DNA from: Minisyncoccia bacterium
GTDB lineage: Bacteria > Patescibacteriota > Minisyncoccia > Phycocordibacterales > UBA918
NCBI GenBank assembly: GCA_041742075.1
Contig: JBGSJJ010000013.1
Location: forward strand, 1,801-65,800
Direction of reading: 5' to 3'
Length of the DNA: 64,000 nt
Shown in pieces: positions 17,332 through 27,217 of the stretch (position 1 is the first letter of the stretch; each line of letters begins with the position of its first letter). Made by a program: the position numbers and the translations under genes. The notes below the pieces were generated by a model. The model was not told the DNA's origin. It saw only the letters and a program-made list of their open reading frames with translations, and searched no databases.

Positions 17332-19419
17332 CTACACCACTTCAGTTTTTGGCACCTCAAGCGCCTTGCTTGGGTCACCGAGTTTTTCTTCAGCCAAACG
17401 TGCCTCACGGTACGCATCTTTTATCTCAACTCCGAGCTGTTTAAGCATTGCCTCGTACTCTTCTCGTTCGAGTGTTTCTACTTCAAAAAGCTTCTTTGAA
17501 ATTATATCAAGTGCCGACCGGTGCTTAGTTAGAATTTCGCGGGCGGTATTCTTTCCATCCTCAATCAATTTTGCTACCTCGTCATCGATCGCTTTGGCGA
17601 TTTGTGGCGAATATCCTCTGTCTTCACTCATACCACCGCCAATCATACGTCCTCCAGTACCCTCAAGTGCGACCGGCCCAAGCGCACTCATGCCGTACTT
17701 CGTCACCATGTCGCGCGCTAGGTTAGCTACTACCTGCAGGTCGTTTGACGGACCAGTTGAAAGGTCACCAAAAATCATTTCTTCTGTCACGTAGCCACCG
17801 AGCGTCATCGCAATATCGTCAACGAATTCTTTCTTGGTGTGCATCCGACGGTCTTCGTCCGGAAGCTTGAGTGTGTAGCCAGCCGCCCGCCCGCGGGAAA
17901 TAATCGAAATCTTTTGGACTGGGTCAGCGTACGGAAGCACTGAAGCAACAAGCGCATGTCCGACTTCATGGTAGGCCGTCACGAGACGCTCTTGTTTTGA
18001 GAGCACATGACTCTTTCGCTCAGGTCCGAGCATAACTTTTTCAATTGAGCGAATCAGGTCAAACTGCCCCACTTTCTTTCGGGTCTCGCGCGCCGCCAAG
18101 ATAGCTGCTTCGTTCATAAGTGAGTAAAGGTCAGCTCCAGAGAAGCCTGGTGTGCGCTGGGCAATGATGTCTAGGTTTACATCTTCCTGAAGTGGCTTCT
18201 TCCGTGAGTGTACGACGAGAATCGCTTTTCGGTCGTTACGGTCAGGGAGGTCAATCGTGACGCGTCTATCAAACCGTCCAGGACGAAGCAATGCTGGATC
18301 AAGCACGTCGGGTCGGTTCGTTGCGGCCATCACAATCACCTTCGCATTTGGCTCAAAGCCATCCATCTCCACCAGAATTTGGTTGAGTGTCTGTTCACGC
18401 TCATCATTACCTCCACCAACACCCGTACCGCGAACTCGCCCCACCGCATCGATTTCATCAACGAAAATAATTGCTGGTGCGGCTTTTTTGGCCATTGAGA
18501 ATAAGTCACGCACCCGGGAAGCTCCGACACCCACAAACATTTCTACAAACTCACTACCTGAAATAGAGAAGAACGGCACTCCTGCTTCACCAGCTACTGC
18601 CCGAGCAAGGAGAGTCTTACCGGTACCTGGTGCTCCCATCATCATCACCCCTTTCGGAATCTCAGCGCCAATGTCGAGGAACTTCTTTGGGTTTTTGAGG
18701 AAGTCAACGATTTCTTCTAGTTCCTGTTTCGCCTCCTTTGCTCCCGCCACGTCTTTGAAGGTAACTTTTTGTGACTGATCGTTTGGGTCAATTAAGCGTG
18801 CTTTACTTGAGCCAAAATTAAGTGCCTGGATACCAGCTCCTTTAACTGAGCGAGTAAAAAACCAAATGATGATACCAAGAAAAAGTAATGGGAAAAGAAA
18901 TGGGGCAAAGTTTGCAAACCAATAAGTAAACCCAGTTTCTCTTTGTACATCGATGCGTACCTTAGCGAGTTGTTCGGTCGTAACCCCTAGGTTCGTCAGA
19001 GTTTCAGACACAGCGGCATCTGTTTCCTTTTTGGCTTCTGCACTGTTCCGCCCCTCTTCAAGGTACTCAACCTCAATCATTGACCCTCGTACAATAAGTT
19101 CCTTCACCTCACCATTCTGCACTTGACCAACAATATCTGAAATAGACACCTCCTCTGGCTTAACCGTGTTGTCAGTGAGGTACGAGTACCCCGCACTCAC
19201 CAAGATGAGCAACATGATGGTCGACAAGATGTTGTTCCAAAAGTTACCCGGTCCAACTGGGATATGCTTTTGCGCATTTTTAAACGACGGCATTTGGCGT
19301 CCTTTCTTCGGCTCGACTGGCTTCTCAGGCTTTGGTTCGTTACCCGCTTCTACCGGTACTTCCGATGTCGTCGTGTCTTTATTTTCCTCATTAATTTCTG
19401 GGTTTTTTGAGTCAGTCAT
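17332..19419 (-). CDS. ftsH: ATP-dependent zinc metalloprotease FtsH
   Basis: AAA+ Walker A GAPGTGKT, second-region-of-homology, zinc motif HEVGHAL. The start is set at MTDSKNPE (19419) rather than 19512, which would overlap the patatin gene. Confidence 0.9.
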   Translation of the reverse strand: MTDSKNPEINEENKDTTTSEVPVEAGNEPKPEKPVEPKKGRQMPSFKNAQKHIPVGPGNFWNNILSTIMLLILVSAGYSYLTDNTVKPEEVSISDIVGQVQNGEVKELIVRGSMIEVEYLEEGRNSAEAKKETDAAVSETLTNLGVTTEQLAKVRIDVQRETGFTYWFANFAPFLFPLLFLGIIIWFFTRSVKGAGIQALNFGSSKARLIDPNDQSQKVTFKDVAGAKEAKQELEEIVDFLKNPKKFLDIGAEIPKGVMMMGAPGTGKTLLARAVAGEAGVPFFSISGSEFVEMFVGVGASRVRDLFSMAKKAAPAIIFVDEIDAVGRVRGTGVGGGNDEREQTLNQILVEMDGFEPNAKVIVMAATNRPDVLDPALLRPGRFDRRVTIDLPDRNDRKAILVVHSRKKPLQEDVNLDIIAQRTPGFSGADLYSLMNEAAILAARETRKKVGQFDLIRSIEKVMLGPERKSHVLSKQERLVTAYHEVGHALVASVLPYADPVQKISIISRGRAAGYTLKLPDEDRRMHTKKEFVDDIAMTLGGYVTEEMIFGDLSTGPSNDLQVVANLARDMVTKYGMSALGPVALEGTGGRMIGGGMSEDRGYSPQIAKAIDDEVAKLIEDGKNTAREILTKHRSALDIISKKLFEVETLEREEYEAMLKQLGVEIKDAYREARLAEEKLGDPSKALEVPKTEVV

Positions 19420-19484
19420 ATGCCCGCCATTATACAGAAATTGTGCTCGATTGCGAGCATCTGGCCCTCGAGCAACTTCTTTGA

Positions 19485-20396
19485 CTAACTCCGTAAGAGA
19501 CTCGTCCACCACGCTTGCGATTTTGCAATGACACCCTTAACTACATCACTATTTTGCTCCAGACTGGTAATTGAGCCATCACCCCAGACCGTCATCATCT
19601 TTATGGCTTTATTTTTTCGAATCGCGTCAAGAATCCGCAACCGTGAATGCCGGCGATCATTGGCTGCCATACGGAGAGCATGGGTCATCCGAAACCGAAA
19701 CAACGTATTATTTAAAAGCTGTTCATGCCAAGGGATTGAGGAGACGGATTTATCTTGATTAGTAATGAGCAAAATATGGGTAGCTTGTATATCTTCAATC
19801 GCTTTACCGATTATGTGTGGTCGAGCAAACCCACCATCGGTGTACCGCTTACCATTTATAAAAATACGACTCATGGTGATGTTTGGCATCGAGATAGATG
19901 CTTCAATACCCATAAAAACCCCTTCTTCGTCTGTTGGAGAAATCAGCTCAGGCTCCGCGGTATAAAAATCAGTTACTCCGTAATAAATTTTTGTTTTATG
20001 GCTTAGGATGCGCTGTGTATCAAGACGCTTCCGTTCGTCGTTTTTGAATACATCAAGTAGGTACTGAAAATGAATTTGATTGGAGAGGCGTTTGAAATTT
20101 GCAAACTCTGGTGAGCAACACTCCTCATACATTACACTCGCTCCAGCTTCTACGTTACCTGATAAAAAGTAGCTTATTGTAGGCGCTCCCGAGGAAATGC
20201 CGACCATCGCACTCCACACCTCACTGTACCCAGCTTCAGCTAATGCAACGCAGGCACCTGCACCATAGACCCCTTTCATCAGACCGCCATCGACTATCAA
20301 AAGTAACTTGATATGATCGTGAGGACGACCAGCTTGCATGAGTTCTTTCTTTTCGCGCATCGCATCGAGTACACTTGTGTCACCTTCGAGTATCAT
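19485..20396 (-). CDS. patatin-like phospholipase
   Basis: Oxyanion-hole motif DGGLMKGVYGAGA, nucleophile elbow GISSGA (GxSxG), later catalytic Asp region. Confidence 0.7.
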   Translation of the reverse strand: MILEGDTSVLDAMREKKELMQAGRPHDHIKLLLIVDGGLMKGVYGAGACVALAEAGYSEVWSAMVGISSGAPTISYFLSGNVEAGASVMYEECCSPEFANFKRLSNQIHFQYLLDVFKNDERKRLDTQRILSHKTKIYYGVTDFYTAEPELISPTDEEGVFMGIEASISMPNITMSRIFINGKRYTDGGFARPHIIGKAIEDIQATHILLITNQDKSVSSIPWHEQLLNNTLFRFRMTHALRMAANDRRHSRLRILDAIRKNKAIKMMTVWGDGSITSLEQNSDVVKGVIAKSQAWWTSLLRS

Positions 20397-20398
20397 AG

Positions 20399-20899
20399 TT
20401 GCGGTATTATGTAGTAATGTCTATAGTAGCACGCGCACAAACGTACGTCAGATTCCTTCTTTTTAGACCAGACAAGTCTTTTAGATGGGATTCATTTTTT
20501 CTTGGCCTTGGGTTATTGCTTGTTCTAGCAATTACTTCTGACAGATTTTTTACTCCCCCAACAAGCCCAGCCATGCTCGCTCAAGCTGAGTCGTACCGAC
20601 TCAAAACAAACAAGCCTATCCCTCCTTCAGTGTTCACTCAAGACGGCTGTTCACTTTTCCCTGACCAGTTTTTAGAAAGCAATTTTAGAGAGGCTTGCTT
20701 AGCGCACGACATCCGGTACTGGCTTGGTGGCAGGGATGAAGAGCGAGCACAAGCAGACACGCAGTTATATACTGACGTAGCGGGGTCAGGAATTTTTGGT
20801 GCAATTCTGGCTCCCCTGGTATACACTAGTGTCCACATTTTCGGAGATAGCTGGCTTACCAAAAGCATTGATGCCAATTGGGGCTACGGCTATAACTAA
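20399..20899 (+). CDS. hypothetical secreted protein with phospholipase-A2-like C-x-A-H-D-x-x-Y motif
   Basis: TM/signal segment. FREACLAHDIRYWLGG resembles the His-Asp catalytic core of prokaryotic PLA2. It is transcribed divergently from the patatin gene. Confidence 0.35.
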   Translation: MRYYVVMSIVARAQTYVRFLLFRPDKSFRWDSFFLGLGLLLVLAITSDRFFTPPTSPAMLAQAESYRLKTNKPIPPSVFTQDGCSLFPDQFLESNFREACLAHDIRYWLGGRDEERAQADTQLYTDVAGSGIFGAILAPLVYTSVHIFGDSWLTKSIDANWGYGYN

Positions 20900-20905
20900 C
20901 CTCTT

Positions 20906-21355
20906 ATGACTACCTACATCCAAAACAAAAAAGCTAGCTTTAATTTTGAACTACTCGAAACCTTTGAGGCCGGAGCAGTGCTTTTTGGCTATGAAGTGAA
21001 GTCGCTCCGGGGCGGTATGGGCAAACTCGACGGTGCGCACGTACTAATTCGTGGTGGTGAAGCTTTTTTGGTTGGTGCCTCGATACCCGCTTTTCAGCCA
21101 GTCAATGCGCCAAAAAGCTACGATCCGGAGCGTGTACGTAAGCTCCTTATGACAAAAAAACAGTTGGCGTTACTCGAGCGAGAAAGTGAACAGGCGGGCT
21201 TGACAATAGTGGCATTAAAATGGTATAATAGTAATCGGAAATTGAAGCTTGCAATTGCGCTTGCGCGTGGTAAAAAGAAAGCTGATAAGCGTGAGTCCCT
21301 AAAAGCCAAAGACGCTAAAAGAGACATCGCCCGTACCTTGAAAAGCCAGTACTAG
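20906..21355 (+). CDS. smpB: SsrA-binding protein SmpB
   Basis: The N-terminal region and Lys/Arg-rich C-terminal tail fit SmpB. 149 aa. Confidence 0.85.
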   Translation: MTTYIQNKKASFNFELLETFEAGAVLFGYEVKSLRGGMGKLDGAHVLIRGGEAFLVGASIPAFQPVNAPKSYDPERVRKLLMTKKQLALLERESEQAGLTIVALKWYNSNRKLKLAIALARGKKKADKRESLKAKDAKRDIARTLKSQY

Positions 21356-21447
21356 CCATAGTACGTTACTTCAGTTACAGATAGGTGGAGGGAATTATTC
21401 CCGAAACCATAACCACGACCACCATACTTCTAAGGAGGGACTAAAAA

Positions 21448-21609
21448 ATGCCATCACCAAGAAGGCGTAACGACGAGGACGACGAGGTCTTTCTCGACCC
21501 CGATCCGGCAGAGGAAGGACTGCCGAAGCGGAGCGAACTCAATTTTGAACCGACCTCCTTGCGGGAGGTCACAAGAGACGGTACGTTCCTTGAGGCCTGG
21601 GAGAGCTGA
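21448..21609 (+). CDS. small acidic hypothetical protein (53 aa)
   Basis: Strong RBS TAAGGAGGG. GC-rich. Ends at a TGA that is immediately followed, in frame, by the next ORF. Confidence 0.35.
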   Translation: MPSPRRRNDEDDEVFLDPDPAEEGLPKRSELNFEPTSLREVTRDGTFLEAWES

Positions 21610-21804
21610 ATGTCACTCTACCTAGTCATGAGCTCCCAACTGGGAACCAACCCTGTCGCGAAGCTAAAGGAAATCTGTCGCGACCCGGCAGACCTCCCCT
21701 TTCCGGGACCGTTCCTCACAGCCGAAGACGTCGGCGATGAGAACTTCGCCAATAGCCTGCGCCAGGCGTTCTACCCTGCACCGGAAGACCACCACACCAG
21801 CTAG
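21610..21804 (+). CDS. small hypothetical protein (64 aa), same frame as 21448-21609
   Basis: An ATG directly abuts the preceding TGA. The stop lies inside a hairpin. Confidence 0.3.
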   Translation: MSLYLVMSSQLGTNPVAKLKEICRDPADLPFPGPFLTAEDVGDENFANSLRQAFYPAPEDHHTS

Positions 21805-21872
21805 CTAAAGCGATGCTTGCAAGGCGCTTTAGCTAGAAATCTTGGCAAGGACGTGTCCCACACGTCCTTGCC
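21803..21872 (+). terminator. two tandem perfect hairpins (agctaaagcg/cgctttagct and ggcaaggacgtg/cacgtccttgcc)
   Basis: 10-bp and 12-bp perfect inverted repeats. No strong T-run, so they may be regulatory rather than terminators. Confidence 0.45.
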
Positions 21873-21917
21873 TTCACCTATCTGTACCTGAAGTCAACTC
21901 AAAGCGAAAGAAGCAAA

Positions 21918-22205
21918 ATGACCTCAAACGTAAACTGGCTAAGCATCGCGCCGTACGCTGTTCTTTTTTTTGCAGTGGTATGCGGACTTAGAGTCGCGTA
22001 CATTAACTCAAGGTCTCTCAGTCGCAAAGGTCAGCCACCGGCCATGAAAATCAAGGAAATGCCGGTATTTGAGGACACGTCCTCAAAGGTTGAGCTGCCA
22101 GCAGGATTCAGGCTCGCGCCGAAGCGGGTTGACCCGGCAAAGGAAGCTGCTCGACTTCACGCCAGCAAGGACCATCCATTGCTGAGAGGCAGACCAAAAC
22201 CATGA
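21918..22205 (+). CDS. small membrane-anchored hypothetical protein
   Basis: One TM helix, then a basic/proline-containing tail. Its stop overlaps the next start (ATGA). Confidence 0.35.
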   Translation: MTSNVNWLSIAPYAVLFFAVVCGLRVAYINSRSLSRKGQPPAMKIKEMPVFEDTSSKVELPAGFRLAPKRVDPAKEAARLHASKDHPLLRGRPKP

Positions 22206-22426
22206 AGCGACCCTTTTTCTCCTGGTCAGACGTGGGGCAAAATTTGCTCGAGATACTCGAGTTGGGAGTGGGTCTTGTAGTCTTCGTCATACTCTTGATT
22301 ATGATAAAGTATCGCAAAGAGTTGTACGCTGAGTTCTGCAAACCTCTGGTAATTAGTTTCAGGAATTTTGTACACAGAGTTTCGTGCAACCAATCACTGA
22401 TTCAGATTGTGCTTCTCCTGCGCTAA
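22202..22426 (+). CDS. small membrane hypothetical protein
   Basis: TM helix LLEILELGVGLVVFVILLIMI. Followed by a strong terminator. Confidence 0.35.
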   Translation: MKRPFFSWSDVGQNLLEILELGVGLVVFVILLIMIKYRKELYAEFCKPLVISFRNFVHRVSCNQSLIQIVLLLR

Positions 22427-22428
22427 TC

Positions 22429-22467
22429 GGGCAGGCGCACCTGCGCCTGCCCGAATCTCTTTTTTAT
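22429..22467 (+). terminator. terminator hairpin (gggcaggcgca / tgcgcctgccc) plus TTTTTTATT
   Basis: 11-bp GC stem plus T-run. Confidence 0.8.
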
Positions 22468-22515
22468 TAGAACTACCCTTCCCTGAAAGTATTGAAGTAC
22501 ATTTCAATTTTTTCA

Positions 22516-22909
22516 GGGGATGCTAGGCATCGACGGTTAGCCCCGGAAGTAGTGCGCAATGTCGAAAGTGAATGTGAATTCGTTAAAATACATTCAACAC
22601 TTACGTGCAAAGAATAGCGTAAAAAGCCCATACTTTTCGAAGTTGAGCTTCGCCCCTGCTGTAGCGTAAATAACGCTCGCAGTCAGCGACATCACTTCTC
22701 CTGACGTCTGATACGGAGGAGTTGGTGTAATAAACATCGGACTCTTAGCTACCGCTCCGCAGTAGTGATAGCTAGAATTTCTTACTGCTCGACAGTCTGG
22801 ACTTTGGTTTTCTTTTAATCCAGGCTGTTTAAACCCAAAGGAGGACTATACATTGTAGACCCACCGCTTTCACCTAATTCGGACGGGAGTTCAATTCTCC
22901 CCATCTCCA
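22516..22909 (+). ncRNA. ssrA: tmRNA (ssrA)
   Basis: 5-prime GGGGATGCTAGGCATCGACGG. 3-prime tRNA-like end GGGAG-TTCAATT-CTCCC then CATCTCC-A, which pairs with the 5-prime GGGGATG. Internal tag frame GCA AAG AAT ... GCG TAA gives AKNSVKSPYFSKLSFAPAVA. Lies about 1.1 kb downstream of smpB. Confidence 0.75.
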
Positions 22910-23121
22910 CGAGTACAAAAAACAGCTCACACATTTTTGTGTGGGCATTTTTTGTTCGTGGAGATGGGAGCAAGCAAACTACTTTGCTTGCGTGAGAATT
23001 GAACTAAGCATAGCGATGTGACTTTGTCACGAGTGAGCTCGGGGAGGAAGTTCTTAGTATTTTAAGAGTGGTACGAATTAAAATACTTAGAAACTTGACC
23101 CTTCATTCTCCCCATCTCCAC
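22895..23121. repeat. tmRNA 3-prime-end repeats: direct copy ttc(a)attctccccatctccac at 23101-23121 and inverted copy cgtggagatgggag at 22957-22970
   Basis: 16 of 16 nt are identical between 22895-22910 and 23106-23121. The pattern resembles an att core duplication left by an element integrated at ssrA. Confidence 0.6.
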
Positions 23122-23207
23122 CGACATATAAGTATGTAGAAATACATGGAACAACATAGAAGTTTACTCGTATGGGTAAGCTTTTTTGTTTTGGTATACT
23201 TAATTTA

Positions 23208-23513
23208 ATGCAAATTATTCTCCTTGATTCTGTTGAAACATTTTTTGGGTCACTAAACGCAAAAGAAATTGCCAAAATAATTCGAACAATTGAATTACTA
23301 GAAGAATTTGGTAATGATTTAGGAATGCCACACAGCAGACACATGTCTGATGGTCTACTGGAACTACGGATACGCGGAACTAGAGAAATTAGAATATTCT
23401 ACTGCTTCCATAAGAAACAGGCTGTTTTACTACATGCCTGTATCAAGAAAACCCAAAAGACACTCGATAAAGAACTAGGCAGAGCGCGAGACGCAAAAGC
23501 ACACTTGCAATAA
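23208..23513 (+). CDS. type II toxin, RelE/ParE superfamily (HigB / Gp49-like addiction-module killer protein)
   Basis: LELRIRGTREIRIFYCFHKKQAVLLHACIKKTQKT matches the Gp49/HigB-like toxin pattern. It precedes an XRE HTH gene. Confidence 0.55.
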   Translation: MQIILLDSVETFFGSLNAKEIAKIIRTIELLEEFGNDLGMPHSRHMSDGLLELRIRGTREIRIFYCFHKKQAVLLHACIKKTQKTLDKELGRARDAKAHLQ

Positions 23514-23539
23514 TATAACTTATAAGTTATATTTACTTT

Positions 23540-23815
23540 ATGAGTACTACATTCAAACAATTTAAAACCAAAACTCTCAAGGACCCAGTCGTCAAAACTG
23601 AGTACGAAGCGCTTGGAGCAGAGTATGGGGTAGTAAAAACTATTATCAAAGAACGTGTTAAGCGTGGCTGGTCTCAGACAGAACTGGCAGAAGCCATCGG
23701 TAGCCGCCAGCCAGTTATTTCTCGCCTGGAACGTGGTGACGGCAATCCTTCCCTGCAAACCCTCAGTCGCATTGCCAAGGCACTAGATTTATCCCTCAAG
23801 GTATCGATGCGGTAA
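23540..23815 (+). CDS. XRE-family helix-turn-helix protein (HigA-like antitoxin)
   Basis: WSQTELAEAIGSRQPVISRLERGDGNPSLQTLSRIAKAL is a canonical HTH_XRE. Confidence 0.7.
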   Translation: MSTTFKQFKTKTLKDPVVKTEYEALGAEYGVVKTIIKERVKRGWSQTELAEAIGSRQPVISRLERGDGNPSLQTLSRIAKALDLSLKVSMR

Positions 23816-23984
23816 TCACCAAAAATCAACAATCTTCAAAAATTCACACACTCCATTTCAATCAAAGGGGTTTTTCACCACAAGAGCATTTCCAAAATTA
23901 TGTTCGAGTGAACTCTCACTAATTTCTAGGTCACTTGAGTTAAAGTGCTCTACTTATATAAAACTCATCAAGACTCAAAAATCT

Positions 23985-24539
23985 CTACTCTAAGACTCTT
24001 TCAGTGAATTCCCACGGTTTCTCATTACTACTTGAAATTAAATAGGTGCAGTCTTCTCCTGCAAGATTGCAAGCATCAACTTTGAGCAAACTGTCTTCAG
24101 TCCATTCTACAACTCGGCCCCAGGTACGGTTATGGAGTATACCCCTGCCTGCTTCATATACCTCAACAAATGAATCCTCGAACTTACTTCCTTGCAAGGC
24201 AACGAACTTTTTGTCGGGAGAAATATATCCTTCGTGATACGAAACAACTTCAAAGTAATTCTCTATCGTTGAAGGGTTGTCTGATTCGGCGATTCTGACC
24301 CGGTAGTTTGTACTCAGTACTACGTATACACCTAGGTCACTTTCGCCATCCCCAATTTCTACACTATCTAGAGTAACCACTTCTTCACTCGGTACCGGTG
24401 TTTCATGATTGTCTGAATTGGTTTTGCCTTCTTCTGAAGTAATGGCTAGTTTACTTACTTCCTTATCCCTATAACTTATGTAGACAAGCAAAGCTGTGAG
24501 GGTTAAAACTACCACTGAGAGAGTGATGATTTTATTCAT
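23985..24539 (-). CDS. secreted hypothetical protein
   Basis: N-terminal signal/anchor, 184 aa, no recognisable domain. Confidence 0.4.
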   Translation of the reverse strand: MNKIITLSVVVLTLTALLVYISYRDKEVSKLAITSEEGKTNSDNHETPVPSEEVVTLDSVEIGDGESDLGVYVVLSTNYRVRIAESDNPSTIENYFEVVSYHEGYISPDKKFVALQGSKFEDSFVEVYEAGRGILHNRTWGRVVEWTEDSLLKVDACNLAGEDCTYLISSSNEKPWEFTERVLE

Positions 24540-24575
24540 CTTTTCAGCCTACCACACCTGAAACAGAAGCACATA

Positions 24576-24604
24576 ATAAAAACCGCCCTTAAGGCGGTTT
24601 TTAT
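24576..24604. terminator. bidirectional terminator hairpin (aaaaaccgcc / ggcggttttt)
   Basis: 10-bp stem with A/T runs on both sides. Confidence 0.7.
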
Positions 24605-24620
24605 TATGTGCATTTGCAGT

Positions 24621-25475
24621 TTAGTTTGTCAGAGCGGGGGTTGTCGTCGCCATTATCTCTGAGACAGTCGTTGTGCTAACTTCTATAATCATCGCATCAG
24701 CTCCCTCTGGTTCAGGTTTCACTTCGGCTGGCTTTTCAACTTCTGCACCAAGAATTCGCTCAAGCTCAATATCTTGTAGTGCATTTGCGATAGTGTCAAT
24801 TGCTTTAGCGATATCGCCTTCAGCGATACTTTCGCTAGCGCGAGTGAGATTCTTCTTCGTGTCATCGCGAAGCGTATCACTCATTTCGTTACCCTCTGCA
24901 TGAACAAGGACCTGTCCAAGGAAGTCACTAAGGAAAGCTTTTACTTCATCGTTAGTGGCATGCACAATGAACTGATCTATTCGGTTTGAGAAAATATTAG
25001 CAACTTCTCGGCGCTTCTCTTGTATAGCGTCAGCAACAATAACCATGTGTTCACTCCGCTCGGCCACCTCTTCTATCGTACGTAACCGTACTTGTAGGTT
25101 GTGGGTCATCCGTAGAGCGTCTGGCCTTGATATACCGACTGTTTCTTCAGCAGCCAGTAGTGCTACGACAGCATCTGAGTGTCCCCGGGTAGTGTCTACG
25201 AGTTTCCAAAGTATTGCTTCATCAACCGCTGAACGTTGACTTAATACTTTGGTTTCTTCAGCTCGTCTCGCTAGTAATGTGAGTTGATATTCACCCTGCG
25301 CAACAGGTGTTTGATAGAACATACCAACCCCCTTTTCAAGGCCGTTTATCTTAAGGGTATAGAGCGGACTACTCACCGAAGCGGTGAAAACAAAGCCGAG
25401 TAGTATGAGAAAAACTGCTAACGCAGATAGTGCCACAACGAGTGATTTATTTGATTTTATATTGTCTAAGTTCAT
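24621..25475 (-). CDS. membrane-anchored hypothetical protein
   Basis: TM anchor after MNLDNIKSNK, then a largely helical extracytoplasmic region. Confidence 0.4.
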   Translation of the reverse strand: MNLDNIKSNKSLVVALSALAVFLILLGFVFTASVSSPLYTLKINGLEKGVGMFYQTPVAQGEYQLTLLARRAEETKVLSQRSAVDEAILWKLVDTTRGHSDAVVALLAAEETVGISRPDALRMTHNLQVRLRTIEEVAERSEHMVIVADAIQEKRREVANIFSNRIDQFIVHATNDEVKAFLSDFLGQVLVHAEGNEMSDTLRDDTKKNLTRASESIAEGDIAKAIDTIANALQDIELERILGAEVEKPAEVKPEPEGADAMIIEVSTTTVSEIMATTTPALTN

Positions 25476-25517
25476 TATTCTATTGTACCTGAATACGCGA
25501 CAGACTGATAGGCTACA

Positions 25518-25555
25518 CAAAATGGGCGCCAAACTGCGTTTTGGCGCCCATTTTC
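25518..25555. terminator. long terminator hairpin (aaaatgggcgccaaa / tttggcgcccatttt)
   Basis: 15-bp perfect stem. Confidence 0.7.
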
Positions 25556-25569
25556 TCTCTACCTACAGC

Positions 25570-25713
25570 TTAGTTTTTGGTCGCAACCAAAGAAAAGCTC
25601 AGGGCAATCATGTCGTCAATAACGTTGTCTGCTAGATTTTTGAGAATACTTGAAATAATCAGTTTAGAAGATGTACGAAAAAACCGCGAAGGCAAGGCCT
25701 TCGCGGTAGTTGT
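25570..25713 (-). pseudogene. orphan 3-prime fragment of a yceI-like gene (no start codon)
   Basis: The minus frame reads ...ILKNLADNVIDDMIALSFSLVATKN*. This matches the C-terminus of the intact YceI-like gene at 30319-31041 (DDLADNVIDDMIALSFVLVAEKN*). It has no Met and is bounded upstream by TGA. Confidence 0.6.
25605..25635. repeat. 31-bp direct repeat, left copy (caatcatgtcgtcaataacgttgtctgctag)
   Basis: Identical to 30354-30384. Confidence 0.9.
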
Positions 25714-25734
25714 TCAAAGAACAGATATTCACCG

Positions 25735-27141
25735 TCATGCTGCGAGTGCGCATGAGGTACCACGAGCACACTTCTCGGCAGCAGTCTTGCCATAGGATGT
25801 CAACACGACCGGCAGACCGAGCAGTCCACCGAGTCGATCAGCATAGGCTTCACCCCGCTCAGAGACTGGAGTGTAACTTGCTTCAGCCTTCCGTAAGACC
25901 TCACCGAGTAAGAGCTGGTGCGGCTTGTTCTCAGCGTCGAACTTCGGCCGGAGCGCAGTTACGTAGTCAACGTCGGAGCGCGAGCGTGGCTCGATGATAA
26001 GTGCGGCCACTTCAGTGTTGGTGAGTGCACCGGCCGGTACTCGATAACGAGTTGCAAGCATCGGTGACGGCACCGTATCGAGACGATCAAGGTGTGTGAC
26101 CACAAGCGAGTCAACTCCTTCACTCGCCATAAGCGCATAGCGCGTAAGTGGAACATCGAACCAGCCGACCCGAAACCCTTCCTGCCACGTGCTGTAGCGA
26201 TTGTGCTCATCAGGAAGCTGTGTCGTCAGTGACATGTCTTCGGTTGGAAATGGTCCGGCGCCGTGACGAGTGCTGTATGCGCGCACCACGCCGTAGCGAG
26301 AAACCGGCTTGTCATAGCCGATATCCGCGAGGAGCGTGTTGGCATTCTTCGCCGTCGTCGTGCTCCAGGTGGTGTACGGATGGAAGCCGTGCCGCTCATC
26401 AAGCAGCACCCCTTGTGCCCCTTCGAAGATGAGTGGCTTGGTTTCGGCCAGCCGCTTGAGTGTCCGCACGGAAGCGATAGTGAGACGCTTGCCGATTTCG
26501 TAGAGAGCGGAAGCAATCAGCTCCGGCGCCCGGTAGTCGTAGAGGTGCTGTAATTCCTCACCGAGGTATCCGTACGATCTGAGCTCGTTGAAGTACGGCG
26601 AGAACTCGACATACTTCAGTTCCTGAAGAGTCTTGAGACGCACGAGAAGCGTCGAGCGCGAGCGTAGATCAGCAACCCGAATCGTGAGCTCGGGATGGGC
26701 GATGGAGTCCGACATCGTTTCGCCGATACCCATGCCACAGCTACCGTGACGACCATGACCCCGGAGCATTTCCCGCAGACGATTGCCGGCTTTCTGGAAC
26801 GGCGTCACGACGATCGCGTCGCCGTCAATCGCGATTCGAGCGAACGGTTCCGTGACACCGAGCTGCTCGAGACGTCGTGCCTCCTCCTTGAGGGCGAACG
26901 GGTCAACAAGCATGAAACGTGAGAGGAACGTCCGCACACCCAAAACGAAGGTGCCGCTCCCAAACTGGGAGAAGGTGTGGTGACGGCCGGTTGCAGTGTG
27001 CACGTTGTGCGCGGCCTGTGCACCGCCGTTGTAACGAACAACGACCGCGCCTTCCATTTGGCGAGCTAGATAGTCAACAGTCGTACCCTTGCCCGCGTCG
27101 CCAAACCCGAGGTCGGTCACGATAGTAGCTCTTTGTTCCAT
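25735..27141 (-). CDS. adenylosuccinate synthetase (PurA) family protein
   Basis: P-loop [17 protein letters not shown]...[12 protein letters not shown], then [37 protein letters not shown] and [15 protein letters not shown]. These match PurA motifs ([55 protein letters not shown]). RBS AAGGAA. Confidence 0.7.
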   Translation of the reverse strand: [468 protein letters not shown]

Positions 27142-27217
27142 AACGTGATTCCTTGTGTGAGAGAAAAGAAAAGCGGTGGCGCGAAGCGCCACCGCAGAGG
27201 TGTTCGGTGTGTTCAGC

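Noticed and set aside
23172-23207. Longer start (23172) for the toxin gene
   Set aside because: Family members begin at the MQIILLDSVE-type motif. The upstream extension is hydrophobic filler.
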